A stretch of 64,000 bases of DNA from Mizuhopecten yessoensis (lineage: Eukaryota), in NCBI RefSeq assembly GCF_002113885.1, contig NW_018405252.1:187992-251991 (forward strand). Reading direction: 5' to 3'. Within the stretch, counting starts at the first letter, position 1; each line of letters opens with the position of its first letter. This document shows, piece by piece, positions 37,614-52,339 of this stretch. Position numbers and translations under genes: made by a program. Below the pieces are notes generated by a model, which was given only the letters and a program-made list of their open reading frames with translations, was not told where the DNA came from and did no database searches.

Positions 37614-39858
37614 GTAAAAATCTCACAGGTGTATTGATATACTTATACATAATTATATACATAATAATAATGTAACTGACCATAAGGCATTGTAATACCT
37701 CTATATATCAATACAGTGTTACAGCCCTAATTAACTGTGTGCCAGGGTTAAGTTTATACCTCACATAGATTGATGTACATGTATCTGGTAACTGGTAGAA
37801 CATGTAAATATGATCATGTGTACTTGTTTATTTGACAATAAAGCCATGCCTGGTAATAAGCCCACCCATATCAATGGCAGTTCACTACAAATGCCACCGA
37901 ATGTTATTTTGTCGTCCTGTAATAAGCCCACCCTCTTACCTCCAAGTTAGAGATTATGTGTCGCCTAGGGCTTATAACAGGATAAATACAGAAAATATGG
38001 TGAATGTTATGAATCCGCAACATGTTTATCTGTTGTGTCCTGAAGTGTCAGCGGGTCCCAGTGGTCAGCCACGGCCCAGTTATATCTCTGATAAGATAAT
38101 GACCTAGCCCTAATGACCATGCCATGTAATGTTTTTACTGGACTGGATTATTTGGATAATTTTGAAATTACTCTATTTATTGAATTAATTTGAACTTATC
38201 TGTAAAATTCTGCTATAACGTATTTGAGGAGTTTTTGTACAGAACAGTAACATGCCACCTGTCATGTGATGCTGTCATGTGATGCTGCCATGTCAATGTC
38301 CCTGTAGCTGGAGCTCTCTAGCCAGTTCTCACTTGAGTCGAGCAGTCATGTATCCAGTTCAGCACAGGACAGGTCGACTGTCTGGCTTTGGTCACACTGA
38401 CCGGCTAGGGATTACCCGCTTTGATATATATAGCATCAAAAATGGTCATGTGGTGACCGAACTGCTCAGGGGGAATATATGTCTATATAGTGCTGTACTG
38501 GGTCGGTATATACTTAGCCACCCACATTCTCTACCATCCAGTTACAGCAGTGAAGTAATAGGCCTAATCAAATAGCACTGTCATAATTTGATGAAGCTAT
38601 TTATTGATCTCGCCGGGGAGTGCCACATTAGTTCGCTAGTGATAACAATTTGCTGTAGTTGGGAATCTCAGTGAAATTGAACCAAATGTTTCCTGTTATG
38701 AAAAGCCTCATGTTTATTTTACTCGTTTGTCAATGCTATCTGTTTCGTGTGTTGCGCAGTTACATTGTTCCTGTATCCATTTCTTGCATTCTGTCAATAT
38801 CTGTCCGGGATCTTTCTTGAAAATTAACTTGGTTACAATGTAGTGTTACATAACAATGCCACAAGGGCTTATCAGCTGGTTGACCTTGACATTTGTATTG
38901 GAGCCCCGGAAGGCTGAGAGCTTTTGGACTTTCAGCTCTTTCAATGGCTACCATCTTGATTCCTATTGATTGGAAATTTATTTTACATGGAGGAGCTTTC
39001 AAATTTGTGAAGATAAATGTCTGGTTCTGCATTAACTCTGTAATTCTGGAATCTACACAGATACCAGGGCAACATGGTGCAGGTTTATATGTAACCTGTC
39101 AGATCTTAGTCCGTTAAATTCCTCCAAGGTCAAAGTTACGTATCAGCTCAATAAATCTTAAATCACTGTGGTAATATTCAGAAATCTAATCAGGATATAT
39201 AGTTCCCATATTTAGTGCAGGTGCCCTCTGACCTTACTGGGATTGGTTCTCCATATAACGGCATTATACATTGTAACTCACCCCAATCACCCTAATTTCA
39301 TTCTGTTGGAAAAAAGCATACTATAGTGAGATGGGAATTTTGTTTTTAAATCACGTAAATATCTAGATAGATGATTTGTTACCAAAACACATTTTTTATG
39401 AAATGACAATTTGTGTAATGCACCAGACTGTTTTATTGAGTTTAAATCACACTCCAATGAAGCAGAGAAATGCAGTTGTAATTGTGTGCCCATGGTTTTG
39501 TCTACAGCTATTAATAAATACTCCTAACAATGAATATATTCATTGTAGCAATACCAGAAAGTACAGATTGGCAAATAACACTGGAGAAAATCATTTTACA
39601 GAGCATTAAATATACAGCTCTTTGTAAACTATTCCATCATTCATCCTCTCAGTGAGTCTATTCTTCTGACTTGTTATGTCCCATTCTTTGAAGAGTAAAA
39701 TATTTGTCAAGTCTTACAGCTAATTTACTAAAAGCTGAAGTATTTATCTGTCTTACAGCTATTGTACTGGAAACTAAAGTGCTTGTATGTCTGTTATTCT
39801 GACTGTCTTACAGCTATTGTAGTCTGTAAACTGAAATGCTTGTCCGTCTGTCTTACAG

Positions 39859-39964
39859 CTGCTGTACAAGGGGTTCGGAGGGACATCTAAGGGCGTGTCC
39901 TTCAAGGACCTGCTGACCGGATTAATCATCATCACTAAAGGGTCAAAAGAGGACAAAATCAAAT
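39859..39964 (+). CDS. USP32: USP32 exon 3 (LLYKGFGGTSKGVSFKDLLTGLIIITKGSKEDKIK)
   Basis: ttacag|...T|gtatgt; FGGTSKG motif. Confidence 0.92.
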
Positions 39965-41087
39965 GTATGTATTCCAATGCAAGGTCTCACTCATAGAAAT
40001 ATTGACCGCAAATCTGTGTCAGGGTAACTGCTAATATTCCCATCGGTATTGATGGTAAGCTGACTGTTATTATTATAACTGAATCGGCAGAAACACCAAA
40101 GTAAAAGTCACTTGTCAGGCCAATCAATCTTTACACTTCGAGTCTATCAAACTTATGATACAGATAAACCTGACCAACATCAACAGAAAAAGGTAATTTG
40201 GTCCAATGACCAGTGAAACAATGTCATGGTCATGATCAAAGGCTGATAACTTCATGTTGGACATCACAGAAATTAACCCTTATACCAAAGAATCTGCATA
40301 ACTTATATTAAGAATATAGTCATCGGTATAAGACATTTGAATGCATGTGTTCTATGAATGAAAAAATAAAAATAGAATCCATCAAAGAAGCTGTCATTTC
40401 AAAGTTGATTTTGTGAGAGGAAGAGTCAGTGGAAGAGTTTAAAGTCTGGTGATGATAAATATGGGTTTTACTTACAGAAAAATTATGGTGATACATAGTT
40501 CCTGTCCTTGTGTGACAATTGCAAGGATGCATAGTTGTATAAGGTCAAAAATGTTCAAGTATGGCATCTGTATGAAAGAGCTATTGGAAATTCTGACCAA
40601 TAACAAACAGAACACATATACAACCTCCAGTACACACATACACACTTGTACACTCATATTTATCATGGAGGTATGAAGGGGATTAATATCAAGATGCACT
40701 TGAGTTAGAGTGCTTTCACTCTCGATCTCCTGATCATGTTGTATATGAATATTGCTCATCTGTTCAGTGTTTTAAAGTAATTTGCTTGAGATTTGTTAGG
40801 GTGCTTTACAAATGTTGTATTATATATGGATTGAATCAAGATTTTTCCTGAGTAAAATAATTTATGATAGGGTGAATTAACCAATTACAGAACTTGGGGA
40901 AAAGAATTTGGAATTACAACAATTTGTACATGACAAACTTAAGATTTTTTTTATTGATTATTGAAATCGATTATTGATGATATTAAACTAAAAAGGTGCA
41001 GATTTTCTAAGCCTTCCGATATAAGTCATGATGATAAGCTATACATTTTATGGAGTATAATCATGGTATCTACATGTTTGTTTGCAG

Positions 41088-41206
41088 TGATATTCGGTAT
41101 GTATGCTGACGAGTCCTACACATATGTACAGAAAGATGATATGGACAGACGGATACTGGAGACAGAAGGACAAGTATCAACAGCTTTATCAGATCTATTC
41201 CTCGAG
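41088..41206 (+). CDS. USP32: USP32 exon 4 (LIFGMYADESYTYVQKDDMDRRILETEGQVSTALSDLFLE)
   Basis: tttgcag|...GAG|gtaagc; phase consistent. Confidence 0.9.
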
Positions 41207-43325
41207 GTAAGCACCCCACCTGGTTATTCTAAGCCCCTATAAGACCTCTTCCATGAGGTAAACACCTCTCCTGGTTATTCTTAGCCCCTAAAAGACCTGT
41301 TCCATGAGGTAAGCACCTCTCCTGGCTATTCTAAGCACCTATAAGACCTCTTACATGAGGTAAGCACCTCTCCTGGTTATTCTAAGCCCCTATAAGACCA
41401 CTTCCTCGAGGTAAACACCTCTCCTGGTTATTCTTAGCCCCTATAAGACCTCTTCCATGAGGTAAACATCTCTCCTTGTTATTCTAAGCCCCTATAAGAC
41501 CTGTTCCATGAGGTAAACACCTCTCCTGGTTATTCTTAGCCCTATAAGACCTCTTCCTCGAGGTAAACACCTCTCCTGGTTATTCTTAGCCCCTATAAGA
41601 CCTCTTCAATGAGGTAAGCACCTCTCCTGGTTATTCTTAGCCCCTATAAGACCTCTTCCATGAGGTAAACACCTCTTCTGGTTATTCTAGGCCCCTATAA
41701 GACGTCTTCCATGAGGTAAACACCTCTCCTGGTTATTCTTAGCCCCTATAAGACCTCTTCTGTGAGGTAATTATAAGCACCTCTCCTGGTTATTCTAAGC
41801 CACTTACAATGTATAATCAAATCTCTTTCTTGAAGTAACCACCTCTCCTGGTTATTCTAAGCCCCTATAAGACCTCTTCCATGAGGTAAACACCTCTCCT
41901 GGTTATTCTTAGCCCCTTTAAGACCTCTTCCATGAGGTAAGCACCTCTCCTGGTTATTCTAAGCCCCTTTAAGACCTCTTCCATGAGGTAAACACCTCTC
42001 CTGGTTATTCTTAGCCCCTTTAAGACCTCTTCCATGAGGTAACCACCTCTCCTGGTTATTCTAAGCCCCTATAAGACCTCTTCCATGAGGTAAACACCTC
42101 TCCTGGTTATTCTTAGCCCCTTTAAGACCTCTTCCATGAGGTAAGCACCTCTCCTGGTTATTCTAAGCCCCTTTAAGACCTCTTCCATGAGGTAAACACC
42201 TCTCCTGGTTATTCTTAGCCCCTTTAAGACCTCTTCCATGAGGTAAACACCTCTCCTGGTTATTCTAAGCCCCTTTAAGACCTCTTCCATGAGGTAAACA
42301 CCTCTCCTGGTTATTCTAAGCCCCTTTAAGACCTCTTCCATGAGGTAAACACCTCTCCTGGTTATTCTTAGCCCCTTTAAGACCTCTTCCATGAGGTAAA
42401 CACCTCTCCTGGTTATTCTAAGCCCCTATAAGACCTCTTCCATGAGGTAAACACCTCTCCTGGTTATTCTTAGCCCCTTTAAGACCTCTTCCATGAGGTA
42501 AGCACCTCTCCTGGTTATTCTAAGCCCCTTTAAGACCTCTTCCATGAGGTAAACACCTCTCCTGGTTATTCTAAGCCCCTAAAAGACCTGTTCCATGAGG
42601 TAAGCACCTCTCCTGGTTATTCTAGGCCCCTATAAGACCTCTTCCATGAGGTAAACACCTCTCCTGGTTATTCTAAGCCCCTATTAGACCTGTTCCATGA
42701 GGTAAACACCTCTTCTGGTTATTCTAGGCCCCTATAAGACCTCTTCCATGAGGTTAACACCTCTCCTGGTTATTCCAAGCCCCCTATAAGACCTCTTCTG
42801 TGAGGTAATTATAAGCACCTCTCCTGGTTATTCTAAGCCACTTACAATGTATAATCAAATCTCTTTCTTGAAGTAACCACCTCTGCTGGTTGTTTTAAGC
42901 CCCCTGTAAGACTTCTTCCATGGTTATGTTAACCCCCCTATCAGACCTGTTCCATGAGGTAAGCACCTCCCCTGGTTATTCTGAGCACCCAAGAAGACCT
43001 CTTCCTTGAGGTAAGCACCTCTGCTGGTTTTTCTAAGTCCCTTATAATCACTAACTCTTTTTTTAAGTTAGCCACTTCTGTTGGTTGTTCTAAGCTCTCC
43101 AATTTTTCCCTGAGGTAAGCATCACTGTTGCTTGTTCTAAGCTCCCAAACCTTTTCCCGCAGGTAAGCATCACTGTTGCTTGTTCTAAGCTCCCCAACCT
43201 TTTCCCGGAGGTAAGCATCACTGTTGGTTGTTCTAACCTGTCTGATGTCTTCTTTTGCCTGTTTGTATTAAGTCCCTTATCAGATTTCTTCCTTGAGGTA
43301 AGCTCCTCTACTGGTTGTTTTAAGC
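41191..43325 (+). repeat. 51-bp tandem array of the USP32 exon4/intron4 junction, decaying distally
   Basis: unit gacctcttccatgag|gtaa(a/g)cacctctcctggttattctaagcccctataa derived from gatctattcctcgag|gtaagc. Confidence 0.95.
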
Positions 43326-44532
43326 CTAATCCATCTGAAGACAAGTTAGCAAATATATTTTAGAAGCAATAGAATGGTTTTGTTATACCAGTCCGTTCCG
43401 TCTTGGTTTATAAGGATGTAAATACATTGTTTATACAAATCGTTACAGGATACATGTTCCGTGTTTTTTGTTTTTGTTTTTTTTCTTAAGTTAAGTTAGC
43501 TGTCAAAAATTAGAACTGGCATGGATGGCATCGTCCTCCACACAAGTAAAACCTGATGGTGACAATTGTGCTGTTTTCTGACGTATACTTATTTAAAAAT
43601 GACAGTGGTGTTAGCTTGGGGGTAGTTTTGGTGTAATGATGTTTGCTTGCTAATGAAGTCTTTTAACACAGATTCCAAACTCAAGGGAAATTTACTGAAT
43701 AACATCAAACACTGAAATGTCAGATCCAATGTTACAGTAAAATAGACCTAGCATCCATATAACTGAGTTCTACAACAGCTCCCGTATTTTAGGATCGGTG
43801 GTTAAGATTTTTATAAAACAGTTTTGCTTGCATGGTTATAGCAAATGTTAATTATGAAAAGAAATTGAAACGAAAAAAGCATACCAACAAGGGGACAAGA
43901 GAGAGTCTGTGGCATTGTTGTAAAGTCTACAGAATTAATTCTGTTACATGTGTTCTTTGTAATTCACCAGAACTATGAAATACTATAGCCATTTGTCATG
44001 TGACTAGAAAGCACCAATGAGAGGAAAGTCTTGTACCAATCCTAGAAGTATTGATTATCCTGACCCCATTATATTTACCAGCACTCATGGTTTTACTAGT
44101 GATACAATATAACCCCTTGCTAAGCTCAACCCCTTTGTTTAACAGATTATATATTTTTAAAGACCATATACAAGTACTTACAGTAAAAATGAAAGGCATA
44201 GTAAACTTTTACCCTGTTTCTAAGGATTCAAACATGATCGGCGAACTGGGAATCTGGGAGTCGCAGAGTTGTTTCCTGAAGGAAGAACACTTCTCTCTTT
44301 CCACGGCCTTCCCTGTGGTGACAGGGAGTTAGAATCTGGGTTGTGGTGGTGTTGGAGGGCAAACACATTCAAAAAGGGGGTGCAGTGTGGCAGATTTTAA
44401 TTTTACATAGGATTATGTAATTTCCCTTTAGCTCAGTGTTAGAGCATCCAACTAGGAAGTCTGGGATACCTCTGTGGAAGCACATGTTCACTACTCTCTT
44501 TCCTGTTTCACATCAATCTTACATTGCATGTT

Positions 44533-45467
44533 CAGACAAACTTGTATTAAGAAACCATCAATGTGAAGTCAAAATATGGTCTTTTAACACAGGTAGTCTC
44601 TTAAGACAGGTTCAGTTAACACATGCAGGTAATCTCTTAATACAGGGTCAGTTAACACTGGTAGTCTCTTAATACAGGGTCAGTTAACACATGTAGTCTC
44701 TTAAGACAGGTTCAGTTAACACTGGTAGTCTCTTAATACAGGGTCAGTTGACACAGGTAGTCCCTTAATACAGGTTCAGTTAACACATGTAGTCTCTTAA
44801 TATATGTAGTCTCTTAACACAGAGAGTCTCTTAACACAGGTAGTCTCTTAACAAAGGTAGTCTCTTAACACAGATAGTCTCTTAACACAGGTAGTCTCTT
44901 AACAAAGGTAGTCTATTAACACAGATAGTCTCTTAACACAGATAGTCTCTTAACACAGATAGTCTCTTAACACAGGTAGTCTCTTAACACAGGTAGTCTC
45001 TTAACACAGGTAGTCTCTTAACACAGATAGTCTCTTAACACAGATAGTCTCTTAACACAGATAGTCTCTTAACACAGGTAGTCTCTTAACACAGGTAGTC
45101 TCTTAACACAGGTAGTCTCTTATCACAGAGAGTCTCTTAACACAGATAGTCTCTTAACACAGATAGTCTCTTAACACAGGTAGTCTCTTAACACAGATAG
45201 TCTCTTAACAAAGAGAGTCTCTTAACACAGAGTCTCTTAACACAGAGAGTCTCTTAACACAGGTAGTCTCTTAACACAGGTAGTCTCTTAACACAGGTAG
45301 TCTCTTCACACAGGTAGTCTCTTAACACAGGTAGTCTCTTAACACAGGTAGTTTCTTAATACAGGTTCAGTTAACAAAGAAATCAATACTTTGGCAATGC
45401 AAAAACGGTCTCTTAACATAGTTGGTCTCTTAATTAATGGAGGGGATCACATGACCAGGTTTGACTG
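44533..45467. mobile_element. Tc1/mariner-pogo-type MITE expanded by an internal 17-bp satellite
   Basis: termini cagacaaacttg ... caggtttgactg|TA; internal (gtagtctcttaacacag)n and a ~32-bp precursor repeat. Confidence 0.75.
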
Positions 45468-45764
45468 TACATATGCAGACATGCATCTTTAACTGCAGTT
45501 TGTACACTCATTCTTTGGAACATAATTCTACGATATTAATGATACTCATGAATCCATAAATTCATGTTCTGGAGCCAAGTGAGTTTCAGTAGGAAAGATA
45601 GTCACATTCCTTTTGAAAAACTTCATTTTCAATCTTGCAGTATTGTTTCAATATAATTTCACATATAAATTACCAGGATTGTTTTTTTAATTGAACATTT
45701 TCTCTGGTAAGCAAAATGTGTGGATTTACAAAGTTTGATGATAGTTGAACTCCAGATGTTACCA

Positions 45765-46140
45765 TCACAGGTAAACTCTTATTAGAACAGGTAAACACTG
45801 GTTAGTACAGGTAAACTCCTGTTAGGAGAGATAAACACTGGTAAGGACAAGTTAACTCTTGTTAGGATAGGTAAACTCCTGTTAGGACAGATAAACACCG
45901 ATAAGGACAGGTAAACACTGGTTAGTACAGGTAAACTCTTGTTAGGATAGATAAAATCTGGTTAGGACTGATAAACTCTGGTTAGGTTGTAGGTCAACTC
46001 TGGTAAGGTTCCAGTTAACTCTGACATCACAGGTTAACTTTGGTTAGGATGTACATGTAGGTAAAATTTGGATAGGACAGGTAAACTCTGGTTAGGACCC
46101 AGTTAACTCAGGCATCACAGGTAAAGTCTGGTTTGGACCA
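45765..46140. repeat. degenerate ~20-bp minisatellite
   Basis: acaggtaaactctggttagg-like units. Confidence 0.8.
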
Positions 46141-48395
46141 GGGCCTACATGTACCTTACCATCCCCTTGATTTTGGATGGGTACAATATAGTGTTCATTC
46201 ATATGTATAAACCTATGTATGTCAGTTTGTGTATCTTCCCTTTTGTAATCCATCTAGCAACTTCATTTCAGAATTTCAAGGTGCCAGGGTCAAGTTAACT
46301 GTTACTATATAAAGAAACTTTGTGTGATACCTTGAACAAAATGATGTAATGATTGCAGAAAACAGCTGGATAGCCTATTTAAACTTTCAAAAACTAAGAA
46401 ATCAAGTGCAGTTGGGAAGTCTGTAACATGATATGCTTGTGTGTAATACGATATATGGTATGAGATGATCTAGTTGCTCCTATAGAACTTGTCATACACT
46501 GTGTTTGTCATTGGGTGATACAGCCAATCAACACTAATGTGTCTGTCACCAGATCCTACGGAGTTCTAACAGACGATGTGCTGTTTGTTTTTATCTCTAT
46601 GTATCTAGCTATCCTGCTAGGTTATAATTAGATTTGTAGCATATTTTTGTCTAATTTCAGTGAAAAATTTCCAAAAAAAGAATTGTGATAACAAGGAATA
46701 AATTGGAAAATAAAGAATCATATAAAGTAGAATAAATACATGTTGTCAACAGTTTTTTATGGTTTTAACCTAGAGTGATTTAGAAGGGCATTTTGTATGT
46801 GTTTTTTAAAGCAATTCAGAAGGTCATTCTTTTATATATTTATATTGTTATTTAGAAAGGCACATAATTTGTTTGTATTTGTTAAGTAATTTGGAAGGGG
46901 ACCTTGTATATATTTGAAGTGAGTTAGAAGGGATTTGCAGTGGTTTAGAAGGGCACTTTGTGTTTGTGGTAATTAGACCAACTACGGTATATATACAAAT
47001 GTATGCATGCGCATTGAATTATAGCTGAAGGCTACAATTAGAGAATGTGGGTAGTGTTTGTGTGAATTATTGAAATAATTAGCTTATTACACGCAGAATT
47101 CCATGTTGCCAACATTGTTTTCTATATTAAATTTTGAAGAATTTTTTTTGTTGATATTATCTTGTTTCTGATTAAACACGATATGAAAACAGGATATACT
47201 CCAAACCCATGGAATATGTCACAGACATAAACCACACGGAACTCTCGGGTGTTGGGAGGGCGGTTTTATTATCTAATTGCTATGATGCCTTAGGGACTTG
47301 CTTCAGAGTGTGTTTGAATTGGGTCTCTACGGCATAACAGATGATAATTTGCCTAAAACCTTTGTACAGGATTGGTTGTTAAATTCATGTTAAAAATATT
47401 ATTTAAAAAAATAGTAATGAATATCCAACTGGCCTTTGTTTAGTTTCCTATACAAACCTATAACATTAAATTAGATATGGACAAGCAATCATTTTATCAG
47501 GGGCTGCTCCAAGGTGATGACGACCGAGTTGTTTTGAACCATCACACTTTGGGAAGTCAAGTGTGGAGAGTTCATTGAGTTGACATTAAGATAACTTAGA
47601 GTTTTAAACAACTGCAGGGTGAATTTGATGCCGTATTAATTCAATCTTTAAATGCCAGAAGATGTGGGAATTAATTGTGTCATTTGATTCTTACATTCAA
47701 AACTGAATGCTTGGCTGTTTTAAGATTGGATAATAATTCTCATACAGTTTCTACAAAATAGGAATTTAGTTTTAGATGTGAACATGAGATAATGGCTTCC
47801 CTGCTGATGTTTAAATACATTTAAAGATGGCGACAGGCTTCCTATGTTTACATCCATAGTTTTGCTCCAAAGCAATGAAACGTTAACTCTGTGTCTTATC
47901 CCATTAAACCATGAGAGATTAACTCACGTTAAATGATATTGGAACTAATATTATACCCTATACATTGTAAAGTGTATCCTATTTTTGCGTCATTATTTTA
48001 TGCCCCATTATTAAATGGGATGGAGAAACATACATAACTACCCATGTCTGAAATTCTGTCTGTCCATCCCCTTGTATCAAGTTCAAGGTCATTGTTTGTA
48101 AGATGTTAAGAATATTTCCCATCGCTCAACTTGCCTCATTATCCTTTAATTTTTATGAATTATTTACAATTGTACAGCGCTCAAATTTTTCTAATATTTA
48201 AGGTTGTGGTTGCAAGGTCAATGTCTCTTCCTATAAATAGATACTATTTGTCATCACTCCACTCATTATCATTTGATTTGGTTGAATCTCAGATCATAAA
48301 AACCTCCTAAGAGTTGTTTTTCAGAGTCCTGGACCAAACGTTCATGTAGCATTGATCAGGTCTTGCAGACATTGTCTATTTCTGTTTTAAACTTC

Positions 48396-50995
48396 TGACT
48401 TAACACTTCTGTGACATGACTTAACACTTCTGTGACACGACTTAACACTTCTGTGACATGACTTACCCCTTCTGTGACACGACATAACACTTCTGTGACA
48501 CGACTTAACGCTTCTGTGACATGACTTAACACTTCTGTGGCACGACATAACACTTCTGTGACATGACTTAACTCTTCTATGACATGACTTAACACTTCTG
48601 TGACATGACTTAACCCTTCTGTGACGTGACTTAACACTTCTGTGCCACGACATAACACTTCTGTGACATAACTTAACACTCCTGTGACATGACTTAACAC
48701 TTCTGTGACACTACTTAACACTTCTGTGACATGACTTATCACTTCTTTGACATGACTTAACACTTCTGTGACCCGACATAACACTTCTGTGACATGACTT
48801 AACTCTTCTGTGACACGACTTAACACTTCTGTGACATGACCTAACACTTCTGTGACATGACTTAACACTTCTTTCTGTGACATGACTTAACACTTCTGTG
48901 ACGTCACTTAACACTTCTGTGACACGACATAACAATTCTGTGACATGACTTAACACTTCTGTGACATGACATAACACTTCTGTGACATGACTTAACTCTT
49001 CTGTGACATGACTTAACGCTTCTGTTACACGACATAACACTTCTGTGACATGACTTACCCCTTCTGTGACACGACATAACACTTCTGTGACATCTTAACA
49101 CTTCTGTGACATGACTTAACACTCCTGCGACATAACTTAACACTTCTGTGACACGACATAGCACTTCTGTGACACGACTTAACACTTCTGTGACATGACT
49201 TACCACTTCTGTGACACGACTTAACACTCCTGTGACATGACTTAACACTTCTGTGACATGACATAACACTTCTGTGACATGACTTAACTCTTCTGTGACA
49301 TGACTTAACACTTCTGTGGCACGACATAACACTTCTGTGACATGACTTACCCCTTCTGTGACACGACTTAACACTTCTGTGACGTGACTTAACTCTTCTG
49401 TGACGTGACTTAACACTTCTGTGACATGACTTAACTCTTCTATGACATGACTTAACACTTCTGTGACATGACATAACACTTCTGTGACACGACTTAACGC
49501 TTCTGTGACATGACTTAACACTTCTGTGGCACGACATAACACTTCTGTGACATGACTTCACTTCTGTGACACGACATAACACTTCTGTGTCACGACTTAA
49601 CACTTCTGTGACATGACTTACCACTTCTGTGACACGACTTAACACTTCTGTGACATGACTTAGCACTTCTGTGACACGACATAACACTTCTGTGTCACGA
49701 CTTAACACTTCTGTGACATGACTTATCACTTCTTTGACATGACTTAACACTTCTGTGACCCGACATAACACTTCTGTGACATGACTTAACTCTTCTGTGA
49801 CACGACTTAACACTTCTGTGACATGACTTAACAATTCTGTGACACGACATAACACTTCTGTGACGTGACTTAACACTTCTGTGATGTGACTTAACACTTC
49901 TGTGACATGACTTAACTCTTCTGTGACATGACTTAACGCTTCTGTTACACGACATAACACTTCTGTGACATGACTTAACTCTTCTGTGACATGACTTAAC
50001 GCTTCTGTTACACGACATAACACTTCTGTGACATGACTTCACTTCTGTGACACGACATAACACTTCTGTGTTATGACTTAACACTTATGTGACACGACAT
50101 AACACTTCTGTGACATCTTAACACTTCTGTGACATGACTTAACACTCCTCCTAAGAGTTGTTTTTCAGAGTCCTGGACCAAACGTTCATGTAGCATTGAT
50201 CAGGTCTTGCAGACATTGTCTATTTCTGTTTTAAACTTCTGACTTAACACTTGTGTGACATGACTTAACACTTCTGTGACATAACTTAACACTTCTGTGA
50301 CATGACTTAACCCTTCTGTGACGTGACTTAACACTTCTGTGACATGAATTAACACTCCTGTGACATAACTTAACACTTCTGTGACATGACTTAACCCTTC
50401 TGTGACACGACTTAACCCTTCTGTGACATGACTTAACACTTCTGTGACGTCACTTAACACTTCTGTGACACGACATAACACTTATGTGACACGACTTAAC
50501 ACTTCTGTGACACGACATAACAATTCTGTGACATGACTTAACACTTCTGTGAAATGACTTAACACTTCTGTGACGTGACTTAACACTTCTGTGACGTGAC
50601 TTAACACTTCTGTGACATGACTTAACACTCCTGTGACATAACTTAACACTTCTGTGACACGACATAACACTTCTGTGACACGACTTAACACTTCTATGAC
50701 ATGACTTAACACTTCTGTGACATGACTTAACACTGCTGTGACATGACTTAACACTTCTGTGACACGACTTAACCCTTCTGTGACATGACTTAACACTCCT
50801 GTGACATGACTTAGCACTTCTGTGACACGACATAACACTTCTGTGACACGACTCAACACTTCTGTGACATGACTTAACACTTCTGTGACATGACTTAACA
50901 CTCCTGTGACATGACTTAACACTTCTGTGACACGACATAACACTCCTGTGACATGACTTAACACTTCTGTGACATGACTTAACACTTCTGTGAAA
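48396..50995. repeat. 21-bp minisatellite interrupted by a copy of its own left flank
   Basis: unit gacttaacacttctgtgacat; flank 48303-48400 repeated at 50147-50244. Confidence 0.95.
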
Positions 50996-51996
50996 TACAC
51001 TACAGCACTTCAGCCTACATTTGTTATTTCACAAGACTGCTGTGTACAGTGTACTTCAATTACCTATTGTGTGTGTAAACTGATAATTACCGATTCTGAA
51101 GGATTGACTTTCAAAAGGATGGAATGCCCCTCTGATATTTATCTACAGTGAATTGATCAAGTAAATTGATAAAATGATACTTTACACAACAAACTCACAA
51201 AGAACAATTTGTATAATTAGTCTCCATAGTTGGTTTGCCTATCACTCTTTTGAGGTGTTGGCTGTTATGCTGGTTGGTCCTTTAGCTTTCATATTGGCTA
51301 GTTTGCGAGTGTATTAGTTTATTGAATCAAATATGGTAATTCACTGGATCATTAAATCACCATAAGAACTTGACACAGGATCCGATGTTTTTTGTTGTTT
51401 TATTTATGTTTGTGGACGGGCAGCTGCTGTAAAATCAGTTTATTATTCAAACATGAGGATACAGCGTATAATAGTTCTCACTCTTCAGCTTATTACCAAA
51501 TGCAGTTTCATTTTTTTTAGCAATCGAATCATGTAAGAAATGAAATATACCAGACCCTTGTTGCAGACTTCAATTCATATTTATTCTGAACTGTAAGGAG
51601 AACCTATTTTTTTCACATATAACAACCACACACAACCTTACGTAGATATAGACTATATATATATATACAATTTTACAAGGCTTTCGATAATCAAACGATA
51701 TATTAATATTTCTATATTATTTTAATGAATATATTTGTAGATAAACAAGCCAATATTCCTTTCAGGTAGATATGCTAACGAAGCTTACATTTAAATCCTA
51801 AAATTACACAATACATTGGGTGTCAGTCTAACTACATCAGACTTTGATTGGTTTTAGGGTGTTTTTTTGTATTTGTAGGATTTGTAATTGTAAGTCCATA
51901 CAACTATTTATTATATTTGATTGTCTGCATTTGAACATTTTATTTGAATAATATCAAAACTGTATTTAAATTAGATATTTTTTTTGCGTACTTCAG

Positions 51997-52156
51997 AGTG
52001 ACCAGGTCGGCTTCGAACAGTTCCGGTCGTGGTTATATCACCATCCTGACGCCACCATCATTACAAAATGGCTGCTCATGGAGCCAATGACGATATCCCT
52101 GTCTAACGACACAGACACACCCACTTTCTACCAGACCCTGGCTGGGGTCACCCACT
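51997..52156 (+). CDS. USP32: USP32 exon 5 (SDQVGFEQFRSWL...DTPTFYQTLAGVTH)
   Basis: cttcag|...T|gtatgt; DTPTFYQTLAGVTH is a conserved USP32 motif. Confidence 0.95.
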
Positions 52157-52339
52157 GTATGTGTGATAAAGATCTGTGTAACAGACTTTATATATTATAA
52201 AGCATAATAGTCCAAGCTATATATATTTGCCCCATATAATATTTTAAGTAATTCGTATCCTACGGACATACTTCCATTAGGATTCAGTGTTATATGGGAT
52301 TTTACCGTCTATATTACTTCTTTGACCCCTATAATAATT

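Noticed and set aside
48356-51000. Minus-strand heptad ORFs (VTEVLSH / SCHRSVK)
   Set aside because: Translations of the 21-bp satellite in overlapping frames
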